Source: Gammaproteobacteria bacterium (GTDB lineage Bacteria > Pseudomonadota > Gammaproteobacteria > Arenicellales > Poriferihabitantaceae). From it: 41,325 nt of DNA. The DNA lies in assembly GCA_012103395.1 (NCBI GenBank), contig WLWV01000002.1, forward strand, positions 1-41,325. Direction: 5' to 3'. Shown here piece by piece: positions 10,666 through 19,322 of the stretch. The first letter of the stretch is position 1. Each line of letters opens with the position of its first letter. The position numbers and the translations under genes were made by a program. The notes under the pieces are model-generated. The model had not been told where the DNA came from. It searched no databases and was given only the letters and a program-made list of their open reading frames with translations.

Positions 10666-10692
10666 CTAAATGTATGCCTTTAATACATTTAG
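10666..10692. promoter_or_regulatory. 10-bp perfect inverted repeat with a 7-nt spacer, either an operator or a hairpin
   Basis: CTAAATGTAT-gccttta-ATACATTTAG. It shares TGTA/TACA half-sites with the hut operator, but as TGTA-N9-TACA. It lies in the divergent hutI/PhyH intergenic region. Confidence 0.35.
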
Positions 10693-10818
10693 TATGAAAA
10701 ATCGTTCATTTGAATGCGAAATAATTCGCCATATCTGGTTTCTGATAGCAGGAATAATGGGTAAGATGTCTGTTTAGAAGATGAATGAATTGATTCCCAT
10801 TACGCAATATGAGTCACA

Positions 10819-11628
10819 ATGAACATGAGTGATGCGACGCTAACGAATGCTCAGATCGCACAATACAAAGATAAGGGCTATATCGTTCCCGATTATCGAT
10901 TGCCAAAATCGATGCTGCAAAAGATGAGGCAGCAATATGAGACGTTGCTACGGGATAACGCTGCGATACCTGCGGACTTCATGTTAGGTCCACACCTGAC
11001 AAAGCCGGGTTCCCAAGGAATTAGGGGGTCGAATGCTTGGCTTGAATTCGCTACAAATCCCGATCTAATGAATATGGCCGCTCAGCTGATCGGTGAAAAC
11101 ATCATTTTGTGGGGTACTACCATTTTTGGAAAGCCGGCGAAAAGCGGAAAGGAGACTCCTTGGCATCAGGACGGTGATTATTATCCCATTCGACCGCTTG
11201 AAACCCTGACGATCTGGATTGCGCTGGATGATGTCACCCTCGACAACGGGCCCATGCGATTTATTCCAGGCTCACATAAAGGGAAAAATCTCTATTCTCA
11301 TCATTGGCAGAAGAACCCCGATCTGACCATTAATGAAGTCTGTGATGCAAAGCATTTTGATGCATCCAAGTCTGAAGACCTGCTGTTGGAAGCGGGACAG
11401 GTATCATTCCATGACGTTTACATGATTCATGGGTCGAGTGCTAACCACACTGAACATCGAAGAGCCGCATTCATTGTTCGTTTGATGCCCGCGGACTGCC
11501 ACTATGACCATGCTTTAGGGCAGGAAATGGGAAAGAAGCACGCGGCTCATGATTATGGCTATCGCCCCTTATTCTTGGTCCGGGGACGGGATGTGAGCGA
11601 AAAAAATGATTTGCTTATTGGTCACTGA
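10819..11628 (+). CDS. Phytanoyl-CoA dioxygenase (PhyH) family Fe(II)/2OG oxygenase
   Basis: 269 aa. 'PWHQDGDYYP' (HxD), the 'HGSSANHT' distal His and 'RRAAFIVR' Arg are typical of the PhyH family. Confidence 0.8.
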   Translation: MNMSDATLTNAQIAQYKDKGYIVPDYRLPKSMLQKMRQQYETLLRDNAAIPADFMLGPHLTKPGSQGIRGSNAWLEFATNPDLMNMAAQLIGENIILWGTTIFGKPAKSGKETPWHQDGDYYPIRPLETLTIWIALDDVTLDNGPMRFIPGSHKGKNLYSHHWQKNPDLTINEVCDAKHFDASKSEDLLLEAGQVSFHDVYMIHGSSANHTEHRRAAFIVRLMPADCHYDHALGQEMGKKHAAHDYGYRPLFLVRGRDVSEKNDLLIGH

Positions 11629-11665
11629 AGGTCATTAATTATGGTTAACAGGCCCAATCACAATT

Positions 11666-11959
11666 GTGACATCACCTCATCAAGTATACGGTCCAGAAAC
11701 CAACAATCTGGTTTTGCAGTTACGTAAAAATGGAATAGACCAGGTGATTCTGGCGGGTATGGCAGCAAACCTTTGTGTTGAGTCACATTTACGCGAACTA
11801 CTGGAGCAGGGGTTTGAGGTTGCTGTGGTCAAAGACGCGACGGCCGCTGCGAAACTACCGGAAGGGGATGGATATCTTGCTGCTATTACAAACTTCCGTT
11901 ACATCGCCAATGCCGTGTGGACTACGGACGAGGCCATTGAGCACATGGGGTTGAATTAA
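11666..11959 (+). pseudogene. Isochorismatase-family cysteine hydrolase, C-terminal remnant only
   Basis: The 97-aa ORF with a GTG start covers only the C-terminal half, including 'VILAGMAANLCVESHLRE' with the nucleophile Cys. There is no room for the N-terminal half, because the PhyH stop is 37 nt upstream. Confidence 0.6.
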
Positions 11960-11974
11960 CAAGGCTCTCCCGGG

Positions 11975-12018
11975 GGGTGGGTATGGGGGCGATCAAGGGA
12001 TTGCCCCCATACCCACCC
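11975..12018. terminator. GC-rich perfect 16-bp stem-loop, a possible terminator or REP-like hairpin
   Basis: GGGTGGGTATGGGGGC, a 12-nt loop, then GCCCCCATACCCACCC. It starts 16 nt after the remnant stop. AAAAA follows on the plus strand, and there is no U-tract on either strand. Confidence 0.45.
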
Positions 12019-12083
12019 AAAAACTCATTCGATACTATTCTTCCTAACAGATTCCCACTTGGACTCTAAAACTTAAACCAACA

Positions 12084-12347
12084 ATGGGAATTCATCATGA
12101 ACTTAAACAATGTAGGGTCTATCCCAATGAAGAAGGTAAGAGATTCTGTCGCACAAATAGGGTGGCTGTGTTAGTGGCTGGTTTGACCTTCGTAGCAGGC
12201 TGTAACAATACCAATACCAGCATGTCAGGTAGTGGGGGTATAGCGTTTATCCGGGAGGCAACCCGTAATTATGGCCCGGACACCAGTGGAGATGGCGTAC
12301 CCGATGAGGTTTTGACAGCGATGTTCAGGTTCAGTGAATCAGTGTAG
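12084..12347 (+). CDS. Hypothetical small lipoprotein (weak call)
   Basis: 87-aa ORF with 'RTNRVAVLVAGLTFVAGC', a lipobox-like signal. It has no recognisable family and its 3' end overlaps the yjgA stop by 9 nt. Confidence 0.3.
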   Translation: MGIHHELKQCRVYPNEEGKRFCRTNRVAVLVAGLTFVAGCNNTNTSMSGSGGIAFIREATRNYGPDTSGDGVPDEVLTAMFRFSESV

Positions 12348-12878
12348 GATTTCCTTTAAATACTGAAAAAGTTGTCTTGCCGACTTAGGCGGCTTGTCCG
12401 CATCTTGCTCTTTTTCCGCGGCTCGGATCAATTGTCGGAGTCGTTGGCGGTCTGCACTATGTTGTTCAACGAGTTCGGCTATGAGCGTTTCTCTGTGCTG
12501 ATTGGTCCGATCCAGCAGTTGATCCCGCCATGATTCGTGTTGATGAAAAATTTTATTTGCTTGCTTTTGAGATGCATGCAACTTGGCGAAGGCCTTTTGG
12601 GCTATTTCGGCTTCATCGGGTTCCATGAATTTGGCGATAAAACCGATTTGTCTTTTCAGGGCAGAGCGCGCGAGCTTTCGCGCTGAAACCACTTCAGCCA
12701 TCAGCGGTTCTGACAATGGAAGTTGCTTGAGCTGTTTGATAGGTAATTCAATCATTTCCTTAACGAATTGCTGAATCGCAAGATGTTCCCTTTTGCGTTG
12801 GCTCTTACTGATTTCTGGTGAAGCCCAATCGTCTTCACTAGTTTGATCTGTATTCAAAGTATCACCAGAGTTGTTCAC
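12339..12878 (-). CDS. yjgA: Ribosome-associated protein YjgA/DarP (DUF615)
   Basis: 179 aa. Acidic N-terminus, 'SKSQRKRE' and C-terminal 'KPPKSARQLFQYLKEIL' closely match the E. coli YjgA architecture as I remember it. Confidence 0.85.
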   Translation of the reverse strand: MNNSGDTLNTDQTSEDDWASPEISKSQRKREHLAIQQFVKEMIELPIKQLKQLPLSEPLMAEVVSARKLARSALKRQIGFIAKFMEPDEAEIAQKAFAKLHASQKQANKIFHQHESWRDQLLDRTNQHRETLIAELVEQHSADRQRLRQLIRAAEKEQDADKPPKSARQLFQYLKEILH

Positions 12879-13164
12879 CAGTATCTTCCATTCTTCGTTT
12901 TGATATGACGTCCAATACGGACATTTTTTGCTCCCGTGACATGATCATCCACTCGCGAATTTCATCAAGGTTACGGTAGCAGCCTTGGCAAAACGGTTCG
13001 CCATTGAATTGGCAAACAGCAACACAGGGTGATGGAACCGAGGAGTCGAATTGCTTTGGGCCCGAAGATCGAGGGCCCCTGCGCCCTGTTCTGGTGCGCG
13101 AGGATCGACCTTCCATTGATCGGGTCTGTGACGCTGAGGGGGGCTTATTAGTGTCTTCGCTCAT
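12862..13164 (-). CDS. DUF1289 (YdhL-like) Cys-rich protein
   Basis: 100 aa. 'SPCVAVCQFNGEPFCQGCYRNLDEIREW' matches the four-Cys DUF1289 motif. It overlaps the yjgA start by 17 nt. Confidence 0.8.
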   Translation of the reverse strand: MSEDTNKPPSASQTRSMEGRSSRTRTGRRGPRSSGPKQFDSSVPSPCVAVCQFNGEPFCQGCYRNLDEIREWMIMSREQKMSVLDVISKRRMEDTGEQLW

Positions 13165-13189
13165 TTACTAAGAGACAAGCTGAGTTAAT

Positions 13190-14614
13190 TTAGTGAGTTT
13201 CTTGGGAAATAGGAGTGTAGTCGAAATATAGCTCCATCTTCTCTTTAATACCATCGACACCACCGTACTGATCAATCAATTTTTGCTGGTCAGAAAACGC
13301 TTTTTCGTTGACTGCTTTTGGGTCAAGCCATTCATTTAACTTTTCCCATCCGGTTTTTAGTACTTGCTCGTATCCTTTGTGGGCAGCGAGATCGGCTCTT
13401 TCTTCTGGATCGGATACCAAATCAAAAAGCTGAGGTGAATAGTCCTGATAATGGACGTACTTCCACTTCCCCCATCGAACCATATAGAAACCCGTTGGCG
13501 ACCAACCGTCATGGTATTGGCTAATGACGCATCGGTCCGGCTGGTTTTCTTTGCTAAGTGTTACCAGCGATTCACCGTCAAGAGTGTGGTCGGGTAATGG
13601 GCACTGATGATCTTCGTAGAGCATTGGCGCGATGTCCAATAATGTGACTGGTGTCGCATTGACCGTGCCCGAATCGATGCCAGGGCCGGATAGTATCATG
13701 GGTATAGACACAGAATCCTCCAGCATCAACATTTTTGTCCATGCGCCGTGATTTCCTAACATTTCTCCGTGATCGGAGGTAAACACAACCCGCGTATCCT
13801 CAGTGAGTCTTTGTTGGTCCAGCGTATTAAGAAGCTGGCCGACGATGTCGTCAACATAACTGCACAAACCATAATACGCGGCCCGAGCCACGCGAATCTT
13901 TTCCGAGTCGAAGTGCTGATCATAACCACTGGCTGCCATGATTTTCTGCACCACAGGATGAGAGGGCCGTTCTGATGAGTGATAACAAAAAGGCATGTCG
14001 ACATCTTGGGGATCATAGAGATTAAAGAAGTGATCCGGTGATCTCAGGGGATAATGAGGGCTAACTAGGGAAACAAACAGCACCCATGGTTTGTTGATAT
14101 TCTCTGGATTCGATAACCACAAACGGGCCTCGTCGGCGATGCGACCATCATACATGGAATACTCGGAGCCGCCTCCGCCGATGTTGTTGCCAAACCCGGA
14201 TGAGTCAAAAGGTAGAGGTGACTGGCGGAGTAAACCGGGTACCCAACCCTCTGAATCAGTAACATGCAAAGGCAGTAACTCAGGATCGAAACCATTATCT
14301 GTCAAGGATGTTTTGTAGTGGAGTTTGCCAATGGAAACGACACGGCTTCCATTTTTCCGTAGATGATGCCCCCAGCCCTGAGGATCACCATTATATGGTT
14401 CCGCGCTAGACCAACAACCAAGTTTGTCCACATGAAGCCCCGTTTGGAAGGCCGCTCGAGCGGGAACACACATTGGAGAAGGTGTATAAGCATGATTGAA
14501 CCTGACGCCTGCGTTGGCCAGTTTGTCGAGATTTGGGGTCTGTACTACAGGGTGGCCTGCACAACCAAGTGCCTTAGCCATGTATTCATCCGCCATGATG
14601 ATCAGGTGGTTCAT
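13190..14614 (-). CDS. Cys-type sulfatase (arylsulfatase/choline-sulfatase-like) with no signal peptide
   Basis: 474 aa. It starts directly in the first sulfatase strand, 'NHLIIMADE'. It has the 'MCVPARAAFQTG' CxPxR formylglycine motif and 'FTSDHGEMLGNHG'. Confidence 0.9.
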   Translation of the reverse strand: MNHLIIMADEYMAKALGCAGHPVVQTPNLDKLANAGVRFNHAYTPSPMCVPARAAFQTGLHVDKLGCWSSAEPYNGDPQGWGHHLRKNGSRVVSIGKLHYKTSLTDNGFDPELLPLHVTDSEGWVPGLLRQSPLPFDSSGFGNNIGGGGSEYSMYDGRIADEARLWLSNPENINKPWVLFVSLVSPHYPLRSPDHFFNLYDPQDVDMPFCYHSSERPSHPVVQKIMAASGYDQHFDSEKIRVARAAYYGLCSYVDDIVGQLLNTLDQQRLTEDTRVVFTSDHGEMLGNHGAWTKMLMLEDSVSIPMILSGPGIDSGTVNATPVTLLDIAPMLYEDHQCPLPDHTLDGESLVTLSKENQPDRCVISQYHDGWSPTGFYMVRWGKWKYVHYQDYSPQLFDLVSDPEERADLAAHKGYEQVLKTGWEKLNEWLDPKAVNEKAFSDQQKLIDQYGGVDGIKEKMELYFDYTPISQETH

Positions 14615-14832
14615 TGCTTGGGCTATTTGTTGTTGCGTTGCTAATTCGAGAGTGAAAGTGAACTGCTTGGCTGTTCTTTATCAAGCGAGCAATGAACGGC
14701 TTTTTCGTTGCAACTCTTCGCAATAGAATGGCTATTACGCGCGATTCGCGCCTCAAGTCCGTTCATTTTTCATCTCAATTGGACTCGTCCAGGTTTTTGC
14801 AGAGATTCCAAAGATTTATCACTAAGGGCCGG

Positions 14833-15255
14833 TCAATATAGAGCCCAGATAATCGACGTTGAAACGATGAGCAGCAATACCATTTGGGTAACATTAATGA
14901 TGACGCTGCGTTTATGTAATTGTCTAAATCTGGATTTTAGCTCCGCGGTATCGGATGCCAGCCAGGCATCTTTTGCGGCGTTGATTTTTGGGGTTAGTAT
15001 TTGACGGCTGTAGATAAATCCAAGTAATACGATTACCAACATGATTGTCGTGGCTGAACCCGCGAATAATGCCAGTAGTGCCGAACTGCCTGATAAGGCT
15101 ATTCCCCACAAATAGAATCGAGGAAAAAGATGGCGCAGAAACCCACGCGACTCATCTGTATCCAAGCATTGGAACACAGACGGAGTGACAATCGTGGCAA
15201 AGAACAGCATTGAGCCAAGAAGAATAGAAGAACTCAGGGCAACGATACTAAGCAT
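14833..15255 (-). CDS. DUF4149 (TMEM205-like) membrane protein
   Basis: 140 aa with four hydrophobic helices. 'LFPRFYLWG' resembles the DUF4149 signature. Confidence 0.6.
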   Translation of the reverse strand: MLSIVALSSSILLGSMLFFATIVTPSVFQCLDTDESRGFLRHLFPRFYLWGIALSGSSALLALFAGSATTIMLVIVLLGFIYSRQILTPKINAAKDAWLASDTAELKSRFRQLHKRSVIINVTQMVLLLIVSTSIIWALY

Positions 15256-15336
15256 TGTTAATTTGAGTTTTTGCTGAAGTTAGTTGGATAGTACATTAAA
15301 AAAGCGACAATGTGCTTGTTTGTGAATAGATCGGAA

Positions 15337-15735
15337 TCAGAGGTTCATTACCGATTCAAAGGCCGCGGTGTCGGCATAGACTTCGTACTTTGTAATTCGC
15401 TGATTCGCAGTAGTGAAAACGTTCACCATGCTACCTTTAATCAGATGCTGATTCGATTTTCTTTTCCATGTTCCCAGGCATTGCATGACGGCTTTTTTTT
15501 CGGTGTAGATGCGATCAACAATAGTGACTTCGACGATGTCTAGGTGGGTTTTTATGACGTGGAGAAAAGCATCGAACCCGTTGATACCCTCATACTCCCC
15601 AGCCCAGGGCAGTTGACTATTATGGGCGTGATAGATGACCTTTATTTCTGGTGATAACAGGGTCAAGAGTCCGTCGCGATCTCTGGTTTGCAGAAATCGG
15701 TAATAGTTTTCAATGACTTCCTGAGTGCTCTTCAT
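15337..15735 (-). CDS. SnoaL-like / NTF2-fold protein
   Basis: 132 aa. Its size and 'VIENYYRFLQTRDRDGLLTLLSPEI' N-terminal helix pattern are typical of SnoaL/NTF2-like proteins. Confidence 0.6.
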   Translation of the reverse strand: MKSTQEVIENYYRFLQTRDRDGLLTLLSPEIKVIYHAHNSQLPWAGEYEGINGFDAFLHVIKTHLDIVEVTIVDRIYTEKKAVMQCLGTWKRKSNQHLIKGSMVNVFTTANQRITKYEVYADTAAFESVMNL

Positions 15736-15825
15736 TGGGTCAGTTCGACTGTGTGGTTGATGTCATTACCTGTGTGTGTTGAAGGCAAGCTTCGAGAGAG
15801 ATAGTCATCGAACAAATATTTCATG

Positions 15826-16512
15826 TTAGACAAAAAATTCATCCAGAAAATTTCGAAACCAAGATTCCTGAACATGGCTTGCCTGACGTTTGATTTCATC
15901 TTGTTGCTCCCGGGTTTGCGCCCCCGGTATACCGAAAAACGCCCAGTCGGAGTCCTGCCATCGATTAAAAATGGATTCACTAATTTCAGGGTGAAACTGG
16001 AAGGCAAAAACATTGTCGCCATATTTAAAAGCTTGGTGCTTAAAGATTTCACCTCCTGCCAAGAGAGTAGCGCCTTCGGGTATGTCAAATTCCTGAAAAT
16101 GCGCCTGGGTAACGAAAAAGGAATCTGGAATCCAGTTTTTCCCCGCTTCGGTAGGTTTGATTTCATAATAGCCAAATTCACAAAGTCCGCTTTCGGCGGG
16201 TCCCACTTTGGCTCCCAGAACATGCGCAATAAGTTGGGCCCCCAAACAAATTCCAAGTACTTTCTTACCCGCCTTTAGACAAGAGTCGATCCATTGGATT
16301 TCTTTCTTTAGGTACACAAGCTCTTCCCTGTCCGTGACATTCATTGCACCACCGTAGATGATAACTCCATGGAATTCGTCGTTTACCGCGGGTAATGAAT
16401 CTCCGTTAACGGGGCGCCGGATATCGGTGTTGAAGCCCATGTCGGTAAGGTGTTGGTTTGCAATATCATCTCCGAGATTATCGTGATGATCGAGAAGGAT
16501 AATGGTGCGCAT
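15826..16512 (-). CDS. Class-I glutamine amidotransferase (GuaA-N-terminal-like)
   Basis: 228 aa. 'VLGICLGAQLIA' carries the nucleophile Cys and 'FAFQFHPE' the His/Glu dyad. Confidence 0.85.
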   Translation of the reverse strand: MRTIILLDHHDNLGDDIANQHLTDMGFNTDIRRPVNGDSLPAVNDEFHGVIIYGGAMNVTDREELVYLKKEIQWIDSCLKAGKKVLGICLGAQLIAHVLGAKVGPAESGLCEFGYYEIKPTEAGKNWIPDSFFVTQAHFQEFDIPEGATLLAGGEIFKHQAFKYGDNVFAFQFHPEISESIFNRWQDSDWAFFGIPGAQTREQQDEIKRQASHVQESWFRNFLDEFFV

Positions 16513-16539
16513 GGGGTAATCCGGGTGCGAATAAAAAAC

Positions 16540-17142
16540 TTAAGAACTGACTGTGTCTTGCCAGTCATCGAATATGTGTGCAACGCCAGTTTTATGTTGC
16601 CGAATATCCTCGAGTGTGAGTCCCTCAAGTTCGTAAGGGAGTACTAGCCACTTGTCGGTTTCATGCAGATAAAAATTCGGCACTCTACCTGTCTTATTTT
16701 TCGATGGCTTGTACCAAGGAACCGCTATACGGATATCCTTGGGTATATTTTTACGCATTCTCGTTTTGAGCATGCTGATCACTGCCTCGATGCTGTGTCC
16801 ACTGCTAAAGACGTCATCCACAATTAAGAGGCGGTCTTCGGCATTCATTGCATGAAACAAGTATTTCAATCCATGTACACGAATAGCGTCTTTGTTTTCC
16901 ACGATCTCATGATACGTTGACATCCCTTGGTAAGATGTACGAATTGAGATGTGGTCGGTAGGTACCCCGAGATGCGCGAGGCACTCCTGGACAACGATCC
17001 CCACGGAGCTGCCGCCGCGCCAAATGCCCACGATGAAATTGGGACGAAAGCCGCTTTCATAAATGCTCGCACCCAAACGAAAGCCATCAAGCATCAGGGC
17101 CTGTTCATCAACGAAATGACGGTGGTTTCTATTTTGAGTCAA
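16540..17142 (-). CDS. Type-I phosphoribosyltransferase (Gpt/HPRT-like), paralogue 1
   Basis: 'DRLLIVDDVFSSGHS' PRPP loop. Roughly half the residues are identical to the divergent paralogue at 17505. Homology starts near 'HFVDEQALML', so I favour the TTG at 17142. The maximal ORF runs to the TTG at 17220 and would translate the 35-bp repeat. Confidence 0.8.
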   Translation of the reverse strand: MTQNRNHRHFVDEQALMLDGFRLGASIYESGFRPNFIVGIWRGGSSVGIVVQECLAHLGVPTDHISIRTSYQGMSTYHEIVENKDAIRVHGLKYLFHAMNAEDRLLIVDDVFSSGHSIEAVISMLKTRMRKNIPKDIRIAVPWYKPSKNKTGRVPNFYLHETDKWLVLPYELEGLTLEDIRQHKTGVAHIFDDWQDTVSS

Positions 17143-17176
17143 AATTCTTGAGTTCAGTTGGGATAGAAATAAATTT

Positions 17177-17200
17177 AGGGAGCCTCTGAGGGAGCCTCTG
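17177..17200. repeat. 12-bp perfect tandem duplication
   Basis: AGGGAGCCTCTG occurs twice (17177-17188 and 17189-17200). It partly overlaps copy A of the 35-bp element and is single-copy in copy B. Confidence 0.9.
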
Positions 17201-17226
17201 AATAAGCTCGGGCGAATCAAGTTGAG
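17192..17226 (-). repeat. 35-bp conserved element, copy A, containing a sigmaE/AlgU-like CAACTT-N17-TCAGA
   Basis: The minus strand reads CTCAACTTGATTCGCCCGAGCTTATTCAGAGGCTC, identical at 32/35 positions to 22727-22761 on the plus strand. It lies immediately upstream of, or at the 5' end of, PRTase paralogue 1. Confidence 0.85.
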
Positions 17227-17504
17227 AGGTTCCTTAAGTAAAATCGTGTCAACGATAATCTCATTTAGGGATTATAGTATGACTTTGGGGCGCTGATGCT
17301 GGTTTTGATGAATCGGTTTTAGTGTATTCGTTTGAGTTTATGGGCCTTAAAAATGCGTGTTGGCATGGGAATAGGTCGAAAATTGGAAGATGACGCTATT
17401 CGCTATTTGACTTTTGAGCAGAGAAGCAATGCATGCTCCGTGTTGGATTATGGCAGAATAGAAATGCCTGTTTACTTAACCGTTAATCCCGACAAGACGT
17501 AAAA

Positions 17505-18068
17505 ATGTCTGAGAAACTATATTTGTCTGCCCAAGGCTTGCTAGAAGATTCCTTCCGTCTCGGGAAAAAAATCATTGAAAGCGGTTTTAAGCCTACGCTA
17601 ATTATCGCTATTTGGCGAGGTGCAGCACCTATCGGCATCGCTGTTCAGGAGATATTGAGCTATGCGGGTATAAAAGCGGATCACATTGCGATTCGAACCT
17701 CGTCCTATGAAAGTGGAATAGATCAGCGTTCCAGAACCATTCGTATCCACGGTATGAGTTATCTCGTCAGGAACGCATCCTACGAAGATCGCTTACTCAT
17801 CGTGGATGATGTTTTTGATACTGGTCATACTATCGATGCTGTTATCGACTATCTACAGTCACGGACTAGGCGCAATACGCCAAGAGATATTCGCGTGGCG
17901 GTGCCTTATTACAAGCCTGCTCGCAGTGAAGTGGAACGTGTTCCAGATTACTTCATTCATGAAACAGAGCAATGGATAAAGTTTCCTCATTCGCTGGAAG
18001 GTTTGACCGAAGCGGAAATACAGGAACATCGGCCAGATATTTACGATGTTTTGTACAACCGAAAATAG
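17505..18068 (+). CDS. Type-I phosphoribosyltransferase (Gpt/HPRT-like), paralogue 2
   Basis: 187 aa. 'DRLLIVDDVFDTGHT' PRPP loop, 'IIAIWRGAAPIGIAVQE' and 'YFIHETEQWIKFPHSLEG'. Confidence 0.85.
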   Translation: MSEKLYLSAQGLLEDSFRLGKKIIESGFKPTLIIAIWRGAAPIGIAVQEILSYAGIKADHIAIRTSSYESGIDQRSRTIRIHGMSYLVRNASYEDRLLIVDDVFDTGHTIDAVIDYLQSRTRRNTPRDIRVAVPYYKPARSEVERVPDYFIHETEQWIKFPHSLEGLTEAEIQEHRPDIYDVLYNRK

Positions 18069-18157
18069 CAGATGTGGTAGAAATTGTTGAGGCAGCAAGT
18101 ACTGCCCCAACGCTAATTCCAGTACGAGCGGATTGCTCAGCTCGTTTAGCAGTTCCC

Positions 18158-18577
18158 TTATTCGACGGTAATGGTCACAACCTCAGACTGAACTGGATTA
18201 CCATGGGGGCGATGCAACCAATCGCCGAGTAGGAGTTGCAATGTGTGTTGTCCTGGTGCCAGTTCTAATATAACTTCTGATTGTCCTTTGCCAAAATGAC
18301 GGTAGTTGTCAGAGGAGGGAACAGGTTGGCTTAGGTCGGGCAGTGGTGCGTCTATAATCAGGTGATGGTGTCCGGTGTTGTCGACATCGATGCCTGCGGG
18401 GGCGATGCCCATACCCTTCAATCCGAATTGAACATGAACCGGTGACGACACCGTTGCACCATTTGATGGAGAAATGATGTAAACACTGCTGCCTTCCGCT
18501 GATGGGGTTACTTCTTGGGCGAAAGACGCGGGGAAAAACGGGAGTGTCAGTAGCAAAGCGAGGATTTTTAGTTTCAT
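18158..18577 (-). CDS. DUF4399-domain periplasmic protein
   Basis: I trimmed the ORF to the ATG at 18577, which gives the signal peptide 'MKLKILALLLTLPFFPASFA'. 'PAGIDVDNTGHHHLIID' and 'HFGKGQSE...GQHTLQLLLGD' match the DUF4399 pattern. Confidence 0.75.
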   Translation of the reverse strand: MKLKILALLLTLPFFPASFAQEVTPSAEGSSVYIISPSNGATVSSPVHVQFGLKGMGIAPAGIDVDNTGHHHLIIDAPLPDLSQPVPSSDNYRHFGKGQSEVILELAPGQHTLQLLLGDWLHRPHGNPVQSEVVTITVE

Positions 18578-18666
18578 AGTTTGATACCTTGATTTTTTGT
18601 GAGTGAATAACCTTAACAGTTTAGAATGGCATTTTATTCCATCTGACTTGAAAAAAGCATTCGGCC

Positions 18667-18696
18667 TAGCTTGGTAGGTTATAGCTTGGTAGGTTA
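18667..18696. repeat. 15-bp perfect tandem direct repeat in the DUF4399/ECF-sigma divergent intergenic region
   Basis: TAGCTTGGTAGGTTA occurs twice. It is followed at about 18705-18718 by ACGTAT-TG-ACGTAT. Confidence 0.85.
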
Positions 18697-18782
18697 TATT
18701 GGTGAACGTATTGACGTATGTTTCTAGCGCTGACGAAAATGATACGATTAACTTCAATGGATCTCTGCCATGGCAAACCTGA

Positions 18783-19322
18783 TTGAACCAAGACGCTGAT
18801 TTGGATATAACTCCTCCCATCAGAAACACCATGATAGAGTTGTTGCCTCGGCTACGTCGTTACGCACTCACTTTGGCCAGTAATGAATTTGATGCAGATG
18901 ACCTGCTACAAGTCACCATAGAAAGGGCATTGACACGGTCTCATCAATTTCATTCTGCAGATAGCCCAGATCGATGGATGTTCACCATTATGTCTTCTGT
19001 TTGGAAAAATGACCTGCGGGCAAGGGCGATCCGGCAAGGGAAAGGGTTCGTGGACCCTGAAACTTTGAGCCATACGTCATTCGAAAGCCATCCCGAGGGC
19101 AATGTGCTGTACAGCGAAATCTTGGAAATGGTAGGAAGGCTTCCCGAAACCCAGCGGGAAGTGATCGTTCTTGTTTATGTGGAAGGTTTCAAATACAGTG
19201 AAGCGGCAAAGATTCTGAATGTTCCTATTGGCACGATTATGAGCCGCATCTCCCGTGCAAGATTGACGTTAGGGACTCAGCTTGGGTTAAACGATATGAC
19301 AGCCATGGAGGACCGATGCTAG
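18783..19322 (+). CDS. ECF-family RNA polymerase sigma factor
   Basis: Region 2 reads 'LRRYALTLASNEFDADDLLQVTIERAL' and region 4 reads 'PETQREVIVLVYVEGFKYSEAAKILNVPIGTIMSRISRAR'. The start is uncertain: TTG at 18783 or ATG at 18831. Confidence 0.85.
   Translation: MNQDADLDITPPIRNTMIELLPRLRRYALTLASNEFDADDLLQVTIERALTRSHQFHSADSPDRWMFTIMSSVWKNDLRARAIRQGKGFVDPETLSHTSFESHPEGNVLYSEILEMVGRLPETQREVIVLVYVEGFKYSEAAKILNVPIGTIMSRISRARLTLGTQLGLNDMTAMEDRC

Noticed and set aside
18578-18832. An 85-codon N-terminal extension of the DUF4399 ORF in the six-frame track.
   Set aside because: The extension translates the intergenic tandem repeat ('ITYQAITYQA') and overlaps the ECF sigma start. An internal ATG at 18577 gives a textbook signal peptide.
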